From Seison nebaliae (lineage: Eukaryota), in the NCBI GenBank assembly GCA_023231475.1, contig JALJEE010001519.1, positions 1 through 37,551 on the forward strand: DNA of 37,551 nucleotides, given 5' to 3'. Position 1 is the first letter of the stretch. Each line of letters starts with the position of its first letter. A model generated the notes under the pieces. It was not told the origin of the DNA, ran no database searches, and saw nothing but the letters and a program-made list of their open reading frames with translations. The translations under genes and the position numbers were made by a program. Positions 27,165 to 37,551 of this stretch are shown one piece after another.

Positions 27165-27390
27165 TCGCAAATTTTTTTTCCCGTTTTTCTTTAAAAAAAA
27201 CCATCAAAATTTTTTTCGTTTTTAATTCAAAAAAAAAAACCATCAAAATTTTTTTTCGTTTTTAATTCAAAAAAAACCGTCAAAATATTTTTCCTTTTTA
27301 ATTCAAGAAAAAAACCATCAAAAATTTTTTCGTTTTTAATCCAAAAAAAAAACCATCAAAATTTTTTTTCGTTTTTAATTCAAAAAATTT
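27165..27390. repeat. About 37-40 bp AT-rich minisatellite, 5-6 copies (AAAAAAACCATCAAAATTTTTTTCGTTTTTAATTC)
   Basis: Direct tandem repeats differing mainly in homopolymer length, between DGAT1 and the next gene. Confidence 0.9.
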
Positions 27391-27559
27391 GGGATTTTAT
27401 TTTCGTGGGAAATGTTTGAGCGAAGGGATTGGGAAGAAGAAAAAATTGATAATTTTCATAATTCTTAACATGATTATTTTCACGATTATTTCCTTCTCAA
27501 ATGATTACTATCACTTTTTTTTGTGTGTTCCAATATAGAAGTTCACATTTCTAGGAAAC

Positions 27560-28752
27560 ATGTCGAATGGAAAGGAGATGAACGAAGAATTGAAGTCGGT
27601 GTTGAAGGAGGAGAAAAAGTTCGACGATTTCTACAAGCAATTGAGGAGAAGAGATGAAACGAAAGGAGAAGAAAAGAAATCGTATAATTTCCTCTTCAAT
27701 TCCCTCCTCATTCTTTATGGTGTGCTCGTTCTCATAATCTGTCTCGTCATCTATTGGGGGAATACATTGTACGCAGCAGTTGGGGTACATATGATGTCGT
27801 TGCAATTTGACAATTTGAATGAATTACAAATGGCAGAATGTTTATTAGATATGCCAGAAGATTGGAAATTAGTCTTCCATTTAGAGGAGGATTGTACTGC
27901 ATGTGCGAATGTTGATTCGATTGATGTGATTGATAATTTGAAGAAAGAATTGACGAAAGAAGAATTTATCGGAAAATTCGCTTATTCGAAAAGACCGGTG
28001 TTAGTGAAAGGTGCCGCTAATCATTGGAAAGCGATGAAATCATTCAATTTACAACAACTTTCCGATTTCTATCGAGAAGCGAATGTGATCGAATCAACAG
28101 AGAGTGAAGATGGATGGACATGTCAATTCTTCCCCTATCGAACTGATATGAGGGCATTAGGTGAATTATTCGATAAATATGAAATTGGAAATCTCTCTCA
28201 TACCGATCGAACATCTTCATCACCTAGTGAAGATCGATGGTATGTCGGATGGTTTGTATCTTTATTTATGATATTAATTTAATTCTTATATTTTTTCTTT
28301 AGGAGTAATTGTAATCATGAAGTTGGTGAGAAATTTAGAGAACATTATCAAACGCCATCATTCATTCCAATCGATTCCGAATCAAGTAAAGTCGACTGGT
28401 TATTTATCGGCACACCAGGTTATGGTGCTCCATTACATGTTAGACATTTATAAATTTTTTAAATATTTCAACCAATTCTATTGAGTAGTTAGATTTTGTG
28501 GAATTGACTTCGTGGCAAGCACAAATTAAAGGGAAGAAATTGTGGACACTGAAACCACCACCCGAATGCACGCACATCTGCCCCACCCATCACAAATTGC
28601 TAGTGGAACCGGGCGACATTGGTTAGTGAATAAAATAGAGAAATTCTCCTATAAAATTCTTTCTAGTTGTCATCGACACGAATTATTGGTATCACAAAAC
28701 ATTAATTTTGGGGAATGAGATCAGTCTCACCATCGGAACGGAATACGATTAA
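27560..28752 (+). CDS. Single-pass membrane JmjC/cupin-domain protein; exons 27560-28251, 28303-28438, 28489-28621, 28667-28752
   Basis: N-terminal hydrophobic helix, RPVLVKGAANHWKA, WYVGWSNC, DWLFIGTPGYGAPLHLD (HxD), WQAQIKGKKLW, VEPGDIVVIDTNYWYHKT (distal H). Three GTT-AG introns (51, 50, 45 nt). Confidence 0.88.
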
Positions 28753-29162
28753 ATCAGAAACTTTAAAAAAATTTCCTCTGATAAACTTTTTTTTTAAATT
28801 TCAAATAAAATCAAATTCAATCATTTCACATTTGTATTCATTTGGATTGGATTCGAATATTTTTATAGCTTTTTGGAAAATCATGATATTTCCGAGAATA
28901 ATTCATCTCAATTCATTAGGAATAATCAAGACATTTTACATTACACAAATCTCTCAATTTGTCTGATGAATGAGGAAGAAAATTTAAAAAGAAATTTAAC
29001 GAATTGATTTTTATCTATTTCTTCTCTCTTCTCCCCCCAACACAAAAATTTTTCTCAAAATAAAATTTTCATCTTTCACTCTTATAACAATCGAGAATGA
29101 GGAGAAGACAACTCATCAAATGAAATTGATGATGAAATGAAAATGAATCATCGAACTCAAAT

Positions 29163-30162
29163 TTATTTCTTGTATTTCCCACTATGTGTTTGGTAGACGT
29201 CCATAGTTTTCGGATGTCGATATTGGATCTTCATCGTTTTCAACGTAATCCAATTCTTTCTATAAAGATGCCAAAATGCACCCATAATAATGGGAGCGAA
29301 TAAAAGTAACTTGAAATTAATAAATAATTAATTAAAAAATTTTTTGAAAAAAATTAACTTTCAATCCCATTAATTTCCTCTTTTCTAATTCCGGTTGTCC
29401 GGTCCAAGTGAGAAAAGCGGAAACATCTTTCGCCATTTGACTAATTGAAGCTTCCGTTCCTTAAAAAGAAAAATAAATTTATAAAATTAGAAAATATGAA
29501 AATAAATTTATAAAATTAGAAAATATGAAAATAAATAAAAAAAAACCATCAGAATATTCGATATGTTCATCAAATATCGGTTGCGCCATACTAATGTTGC
29601 CACCGGGGAAATATGGATTGAAATGTTGTCCTTCAGGAACGTCATGTCCAGCTGGTGCGTCCATAAATCCGTTTAATAAAGAGAAAAGATAATTCTCGCC
29701 ACCATGTCTCGCCAAAGTGATGTAAGTGAGATCTGGTGGATAAGCTCCGTTATTTGCTGCTCTCGCTGCTTCCTCGTTCGCATATGGAACTGGAAATTTA
29801 TCTGAAATTTTTCCTGGTCTCTCGAACATTTCTCCCTGATCATTAGGACCGTCAGTGACTTGAATATCTTCCGCTTCAGTTTTCGCTTCATCGGCCGTAT
29901 GAGTGACATTGATCAATTCTCGATAACGAACATATTCCAATGAATGACAAGCGGCACAGACTTGTTTATAGACTTCGTAACCACGACGGAGGGAACGATG
30001 ATCGAATGAATCGAACATTCCTTTGTGTGGCCATTGGAAGTCATGTGGTGGATGAACTATCAAATCGCCCGCTTTCAACGGTTCTAATAATGCGGTGGCT
30101 GATATAGCCGCCGTTCCCATCATACCGGCGATAGCACATCGATAAAATAATTTCGATGACAT
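29163..30162 (-). CDS. CYC1: Cytochrome c1, heme protein of complex III; exons 30162-29547, 29459-29359, 29309-29163
   Basis: [16 protein letters not shown] (CxxCH), [39 protein letters not shown]-terminal TM helix. Two GTT-AG introns (87, 49 nt). Confidence 0.97.
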
Positions 30163-30648
30163 TTCCTGAAAGAGAAAATTTTATCTATAAACAATAATAG
30201 ATTAAATTAAATTTTCCATTCTCTCAAACTTTTGAATTGTCCAATCAACTCAATTCTTTTATCATCATCAGCAACAGTTATTTGATGAAGCTTAAAATTT
30301 GAATTTTAAAATTTTTTGAAAAATTCCAAATAACAAATTTCCTTATCATTCAAATAAATTTTAATTAACTTAAGATTATTATTATCACTAATTGATTCGT
30401 TTGAAAAATATGAGAAATTCATTTTTCACTTTTTCTACATGAGATCGGATCAATCTCATATTTGGTCATTGGCGTCGGTTCGGTCGTAAATTTTTCCACG
30501 AATTTTATTTGAAGTATAACAAAGTTTAATTAATTGTCCAATGTACGGGAATGTGTGAGAAGAGAAGGAGGAAAAACGATGAAAGAATTGGAGAAAAGAA
30601 GAGATGGTGGGAAGAGATAGGACATGGAAATTTTAAATTTTTAGCTTA

Positions 30649-31520
30649 ATGGGGAAAGTAAAAATAAACAAGACACAAACTCAAACCAAAATGTATTCCG
30701 AGGACTATGATGATAATAGTTGTGATTTGGATGATGATGTACGACATAACGGTGATGAGATAAATGTACCACGTGCCGCCGTCAATAAAGTGGTGAAAGA
30801 GATAGAGCCAAATCTCCGTTTGAGTGGTGAGGCGAGAGATCTGGTAGTGACATGTTGCAACGAATTTATTCGGACACTTTCTCGACAAGCTAACGAGATT
30901 TGTGAAGAGCAAAATAAACATGTGATGATTGGCGAACATATAATTTTGGCTTTAGATCGTCTCGGCTTTTCTGAATACAAATTAAAATGCAATCAAGCTC
31001 TCTCCGCCACACAAGATGAATTCTCACGCCGTCGCCGAGATCGTTATAAGTTTTATTTGTAGTCTTCTCTTCGAATTTTTCCTTTATAGGCGATCGAAGT
31101 AAAATCGGATTGACAGAAGAAGAATTGATCGAGAAACAAAACGAATTGTTCGATCTCACTCGATCAATGGCACCATCCGAATCCACCAGTGATGTGTCGA
31201 CATCGACGACAGTCGAAACAGTCGTCATCACCACCAGCAGTACAGCTACGACGACTACTAATGCCACTACCGGTCACAAGATCACTTTGGATTATTTGAG
31301 AACGATGAGTGATCAATTAGGAACGAAACATGGGACGACGGGAGGAGAAGTGCCCATTCGTCCCAAATTGTCCAGAAGAAATACGAACGACATATTTCCC
31401 AACGATCATATATTAGATAGAAATAAAAATAAGGAAAGAATTTTTAATACAAATTGTTCATGTGAGAAAACGCATAAGAAAATGAGTCGTGCAGATGACG
31501 ACTCGGACAACTACGATTAA
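30649..31520 (+). CDS. DR1: Negative cofactor 2 beta / Dr1 histone-fold repressor; exons 30649 (or 30691)-31042, 31090-31520
   Basis: VPRAAVNKVVKEI...EARDLVVTCCNEFI...ANEICE...EHIILALDRLGF, then GLTEEELIEKQNELF after a 47-nt GTT-AG intron. Confidence 0.92.
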
Positions 31521-32644
31521 TTTGTCTTTCTTCTTTCCTTATTACTTATCTTTATCTGTCCTTCCTCCCTCCCCTAACCTCTCCACACAACACAACACGA
31601 CACACAATATACAGAATTTATCTTTGAACTCTTGAATCAATTTGATCTTGTTAACATTTATTACATTTCATAAAATTTTCTTTTCTGTTTCCATTTGTCA
31701 TCCCTATCATTTGTTTATTATATAAAGTTTTCAACTTACTCCCAACTTCTTAGAACTGATGGTGATGATATTTGTGACTATCGATCTTAAAGTTTTTTTC
31801 CCACATGTTAATCTCCACAATCCATTCAATTACTAATAATTACTTTTAATTTTTAATCAGAATTTCATAGAAAATTGAATTTCTTCACATTTTCTCATTT
31901 GAAATCTTTAGCTTTTACTCATTTCCTTCAACTCTTTAAATTTCTCAATTTTTATTTTTAATTTCTCTTCTCAACAATACTATAATTCAAATTAACATTA
32001 ATCCAATTCGTTTCTAACAACGTTCTCCAGTTAAATGGGAGATAGTTTCATAATGGATAAATCATCAATTTTTTTCAGATATCTTTAATTAATTTAAGTT
32101 TAATTAATTTAGGAACTAATCATAATATAATTACACCCTAAATAATTTATGAATTAGAGTTGATGTTAAAATTATTTGAGAAACATTCAAAAAGTTTTGT
32201 GAGTTAATTCCATTCATATCCACATGCTTAACCTTCTCAACATTTCACCGAATTCTTTCAGTAATTTTCATGAATAACAACTGTTTTAACTTTTCATTTA
32301 TTTGGGAATACGAAAAAAACAAAAGGTTCATGTGTTGAATAATTAATAAACCTTTATCAGCTATTTGGATATTAATTAACCATGTTATTGCACTCTGACA
32401 TTTCTTTCCTCCACAACCTCAGTTGAATCGGGTTTATTATTAAATATTTTTATTAGTATGAAGAAAAACATCTTGAAGAATCGCCTCAGTTGAAGTGATG
32501 GTTTGAAGTGAAATAAAATCTTAATTAAAGAATTGGCAGAACAACAATAATCGCTCGATTCGTTGCTTATCTTATTGTTCGTTTTAGTTGGGATAAATGG
32601 AATAATTCCCATCATCAGTTATTTTTAATTTTTTCATTCTTTCG

Positions 32645-34660
32645 TGAATTTAACGAGGTTTGGTCGATATTCGGTTTCTTCAGAATTGGAATGATTTTGA
32701 AGAAGAGCGAGATAGAGGAGAACTGATGATGAGAAAGAATAAGATTTACGGAATCAGTAAGGCCGGTTACGAGAGATGGAAGTAAGTGTTGCACCAATTT
32801 AATGCAAATATTATCGAAACGGTGAGCCTTGGTACCGTCGAGAGTCTGGATAGATTCGAAAATTTCTTGAGGAGTGAAAAAATCGAAATGGACATTGACG
32901 ATAGGGCAGACGTAGGGTATGATGAAGGTACATATAGGAGCCGAAGTATTCCACGAAGGAGTCGCCAGAAATAGAAGGTGTCGATGAGTTGGAGAAGCGA
33001 TTAGTTATTAATTTCCAAATATTCGAAGGATGAGACGAAAGGCACGCGTTACGGAGCCTACCGTGAAAATGATCCCTGACACACTTTCTCACGGTTCTGC
33101 GGAATAATTTCCGAGATTTTAGATGGAAATAGGAGAACGAGAAAATTGTAGACGATGGGAAAAAGTGGTAGATGACCATTTGGCAATAAAGAGTAACTGC
33201 TCAGTAGGGGAGAGATTAGTGTTCATACGCGTAAAGGAAGCATTATGAAGAATTACTTGTTGATGCAAGAGAGGGAGTTTACAATAGTGCTTGCAGGTAA
33301 TGTTACGCGGAGTGGTATTTGGCGAACTCAAGGCCATGGGAGTGGGACGGGAAAAACTGGAGATGATAAGGGAGATAGGAAGGTGGTCGTAAAGAGATGA
33401 AAGGAAAGAATCTAATCTAACTAATGATGAAATGATCTATCCATGAGCATGTGATGTGAAAGTGATGGAAGATGTGGAAGAGAGGAAAACGGAAAGACGA
33501 TTGGATTCAAGTGGATTCAATTACTGAGAGAGAGGAACAGAAACCTGAAAAATCACTCGGTCGAAGGTAGACATTGAAACATAGGATATTATGGACGGAA
33601 AAGCAGACTACATCCATTGATAGTTGGGTGAATGAAGAGGCATGGAGATCATTAGAAATAAAAGTACATAGACCACCGGAAGGTCGGCCAGAGCCATTAT
33701 CAGAATCGGGGGAGAAGCGGAGGTACTGAAACATCGATGATCGGCCACTTCTAGCCAAGCTGGTTTCGAACCCACGAGCCAGGTCTCCTGACAGAAGATG
33801 ATGTCATAACCAGTGAGAGAAAGGAAAGTGATATTACGGATATCGGTAGAAACGACAGAAGATGTAGATCCTTTTGTGGAAGGAAAGGAATTATGTCAGA
33901 AAGAGGTGACAGGATCGGACATAGTTGAGTCAATTGAAGAAGAGTTATTCGAGGTGATGACTGAAGGAACGCATTTCTTGATAGAGGTTGCGTGATCGTT
34001 GAATTCGATACAGCGATCGCGCAGAAAAACGTTGGCGGAAGAAGAAAAATAGAAGGGACGCACGTAAGTGTTTTGCGGCCAGATCTTCGATTCGAGGAAA
34101 TCCTTCCATTTCTCGACAGAACAGCGAATGATGAAGGAGCGAGGAGTCGTTGGAATTTCGTCCCGAGAATCGAAAGTGGATGAGCGCTCCTATTAAGAGG
34201 AGTAGAGATGGGGATCGAGGACTCATTGGTTCTCTATTTGAAGGCATCTCGGTATGTAATCTTTCTTTGATCGCGAGAATTCGTGCCTTTTTCGCAGATT
34301 TGGGAATTATTCGTTTTATTGTCTTTCCCAATGATAATTTCCTGGTTAGCTATAATGATCTTTAGGAAACTAGCGATTTCTTCCAAGAGGGCGTGTGTCT
34401 TGTTGGGTAACGCGAGGGAATCGGTGAATGATGACATTGTCTCTTTTAACTGAGACATCATTTGGACGTTTCAAACTCTCTTCGGAACGGAGTTCTTGTT
34501 CAGATTCTTCTTTTTGTTGGTGGATGAATTGGCGGACGGACTGGGGGGTCCAGGTCGTTGGTGGATTAGTTGGTGATTGGCGGTGATCGGTGGGTTACTC
34601 CTTGGATCGAGGCATCGTTAAGGAGGCCTGAGCACGCGGAGTTGTTGGGAGATGTACTAT
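32645..34660 (-). mobile_element. Decayed non-LTR (LINE-like) retrotransposon: ORF1 remnant, APE endonuclease, start of RT; frameshifted and 3'-truncated
   Basis: Minus-strand peptides in shifting frames: DIIFCQETWL (about 33775-33810), GRPSGGLCTFI, FNVYLRP, SWIDHFII (about 33425-33450), YDHLPI (about 33374-33391), IWKLI, KAHRFDNI and IIPILKKP (about 32671-32697). Upstream coiled-coil ORF ending ITYRDAFK. GC content above the flanks. Confidence 0.85.
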
Positions 34661-35775
34661 CAGTAGATTTATTTATGTCGAAAAAAATTTTTTTTTTTTC
34701 TCTTTTCGAATGTGAAATATTAATTGAAATATGTGAAATTAGTCGAATAATGAATCGAATGTGAAAAATAATATTAAAGCAACTTGCTATTGCTTTCACA
34801 TATTTTAAATAAATTTTTACTTTAATTAAATTTTCTTTTACTTGAAATTCCCGACGGGATAAATTGAAGTTTGTAGTAGTGGTAGATGTGGTAGGAGGTC
34901 GGTACGTTGGATGAGACATGTGTCTTATCGTTGTAGCGATAGAAATATCTTACTAACGTAACGGAAATGATTCGATTTTATTCTCATTTCAATTACGTTT
35001 GTTACAAAACATTTTTTTTTATTGAAATTCCCGTCGGTCATTCCCCATTACGTTCATTACAAAAGATTTAGTAAAAAAAAATGACCAAGAATTTTTATTT
35101 TTTTTTTATTTAAAACTAATTTCAACTAAATAATTAACTAAATATTTCAGAATTATTTTGTTTATTAGTTTAATCCCAGAGGGGAATGACAGAAAATTTA
35201 TAATTAGATTAGAATTTCGAGTAAATTGGAGATGGAATACAATTTATTTATACAATATTATTATTATCATTAAAATTTCATGAATTAGATGACGTTCGAA
35301 ATTGATTTATTTGTTTTTATATTATGAGGAGCTCAATTTGCCAAATCAAAATATTTATCACTTCTACAATTAGGTAGTTATGTTAATAATTCTTACTCGT
35401 TCCGAAACACGAACGATATCCGTAAACGAAAACTTATTTGATCATTAGTATTAATACTTATATACTTATATCATTCTTATTATATGTATATGTTATATAT
35501 ACATAATACTTATTATTTCAATTAATTCATCGAATTATAATTTTAAAATCATTAATTAGAATTTTTTTTATTATACGTAGTCTGATTATAAACTACGTCT
35601 GATATTGATCTTTACATTCATTCGCTTAGGAATTTTAAAAGTCGCATTATAACTAATAGTATTATTAGCTCAATTGTCTAACATGGAAAGTTAATGGAAT
35701 TTATTCTTTTGCAGCAAATTTGTTCTAACATTTTAGAAGAATAAACATACAAATTGGAAAAGTATAATCGGACAA

Positions 35776-36558
35776 ATGTTTCTTGTTCTTCTTATTCGAG
35801 TTTACTTGTTGTTGTGTCAAACGGGTTTTGGTAGTACAATTAGCTATGTCGCTAAAACACCAATAACATTTGAGATGTCGGAAATAATTTGTCAATTAAG
35901 AATATGTCAAAACCAAACGGATTGTTTTGGAATTTTTAGTTTTGACGGAAAATTGTCATTGATAAAGAATATCGATCGAAAATTATTGGATATAAAATTC
36001 GATATGTTTTTGGAATCAAGTTATTTCCTTCTTCCCAATAAAAACTTCTATTTTAAATACTAATCAGAATATGAATTTATTTATGACCACCTTCTACAAT
36101 TTAAACATCTCAGTATATTCAGCAGTAATTATCTAACAATTACTAGTTACGGATTTACTCACACGAAATCGTTTGATGATTATTCGAAAGGATTCATTAT
36201 CAATTCTCAACAATTCTATATCGGAAATGAATTCCTGTACAAATTAAGTCGACTATGGGATTTATGCATGCGTTTCTACATTTATTATTCACATTCTTCA
36301 GCTGTTCATGTCGAACATTGTGGAGTTCATTTCAGTTCTAAAACTAACAAATACAGAGCGACAATCGGTCATGTTATGAGCGACGATTCTTCCAAAGATA
36401 TGACTTACTGTTCTTATGGAAATCCAGCAAATGAAGGTGAATTTACAGTAAATGGAAAATATGGTTTTTGGGGAACATGTTACGTTCCGTATGATAAAGT
36501 TTTAATTTTTACAGACTACGCCGAAGGAATTATAATGAAAGTAAAATTCAATTTCTAA
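35776..36558 (+). CDS. Secreted protein with a Cys-rich (PAN-like) N-terminus and a partial fibrinogen-C-like domain; exons 35776-36019, 36068-36558
   Basis: Signal-peptide-like start, CQLRICQNQTDCFG. A 48-nt GTT-AG intron (36020-36067, with TACTAAT branch-like site) joins two ORFs in frame. KSFDDYSKGF...FYIGNEFLYKLS resembles the FReD motif W..Y..GFG....FWLGNE.IH.LT. Confidence 0.7.
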
Positions 36559-37245
36559 TATAACTATATCTAATAATTCAATTTTTTTTTTTCTATAATA
36601 TTTGGTGACATATAATTTCTCAACTGTTTGTGTGTTTTTTTATGATTGGCAAAAATTTTGAAACATGATTTATTTTCAACCTGTGAAGATTTTTTTATAA
36701 AATAATTATTATATATTATATGGTTATAACCATATAAAATTTAAAATTAATTTAAATATAATTGCCGATAATTTTTTCGCACTATATCGGAAAACTAAAC
36801 ATAAATCGATAAATTAAAATGGTGAAAATAGGAAAGATTAAACTAATATTGGTGCTATTTATCATCGAAGTTTTGTTACTTATCAACTTTTCGCCGACAG
36901 AAAAACACATTCCTGCGAAAAGTTTCGAAGAAGATAAATATAGGATAAACCTTTACCAAAGTCGGTGACGGGAAATCGAAGTAAATGATAATATGCGAGA
37001 ACTAACAGTTGTTCATTGAAAGGAGTTCAAAAAAAACCCTAACGTAATTTTCTTCCTCATAGATGTTAATAGATTGTAGAATAGATATTAACTTAGGATA
37101 CTATGAACGACCAATATGTAAAGGAATCTTAATGTTGACTAATGAAGAAAATGTTGACTTTCTTAGGTCTCATACAGAAACGGTTTGGTCTCAACAGTTT
37201 CAAAGCTAAAATATCAATCACAACTTTCCGTTGTATAAGTGATTG

Positions 37246-37551
37246 GGGGACAGTTCTACTCCTTTACGAGTTCTACACCCTAGTAAAGGAAAAACGGACA
37301 GATCTACTCCTTCTACACCGGACAGATATACTCCTTTTTCGAAAAATTCGGACAGATCTACTCCTTTTTCAAAAAATTCGGACAGTTCTTCTCCTTTTTT
37401 TCAAAGTTCGGACAGTTCTACTCTTTTTTCGAAAAAATTAGGACAGTTCTACTCCTTTCTTCAAAAAATTTCGGACAGTTCTACTCCTTTCTTCAAAAAA
37501 TTCGGACAGTTCTACTCCTTTTTCGAATTTTTGGATAGTTCTTCTCCTTTG
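37246..37551. repeat. About 30-32 bp tandem repeat (CGGACAGTTCTACTCCTTTTTCAAAAAATT), 9-10 copies, runs to the right edge
   Basis: Head-to-tail copies with a conserved GGACAG(T/A)TCTACTCC core and a variable T/A tail. Confidence 0.93.

Noticed and set aside
36716..36737. 22-bp perfect palindrome TTATATGGTTATAACCATATAA
   Set aside because: Isolated and very AT-rich, with no supporting context.
37246..37551. CRISPR-like array and the 99-aa ORF 37142-37441
   Set aside because: Units are head-to-tail with no unique spacers, there are no cas genes and the context is eukaryotic. The ORF is a by-product of the repeat.

Overview
AT-rich, gene-dense eukaryotic (metazoan-like) genomic DNA with very short spliceosomal introns, read in the standard genetic code. 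Genes reconstructed by hand, left to right: GDP-mannose 4,6-dehydratase (-), a degenerate DH/PH-like protein (-), a divergent intronless DBHS (NONO/SFPQ/NonA) RNA-binding protein (-), a Sec14-helical-DH-PH RhoGEF of Dbl/Dbs/Trio type (-), intronless SHMT (-), DGAT1 (+), a membrane-anchored JmjC protein (+), cytochrome c1 (-), NC2beta/Dr1 (+), a decayed, 3'-truncated APE-type non-LTR retrotransposon (-), a secreted fibrinogen-domain-like protein (+), and two minisatellites. The main result is that all 24 introns I could reconstruct begin GTT and none begins GTA or GTG. The usual +5G and -1G are mostly absent, 6 of 24 acceptors are AAG, and intron length has a floor at 45 nt. This points to a rewired 5' splice-site code. 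The second highlight is an intergenic GC-richer island (about 3170-3460) with three consecutive perfect stems and complementary loops, a candidate unannotated structured RNA. All family assignments come from motif recognition without database searches.
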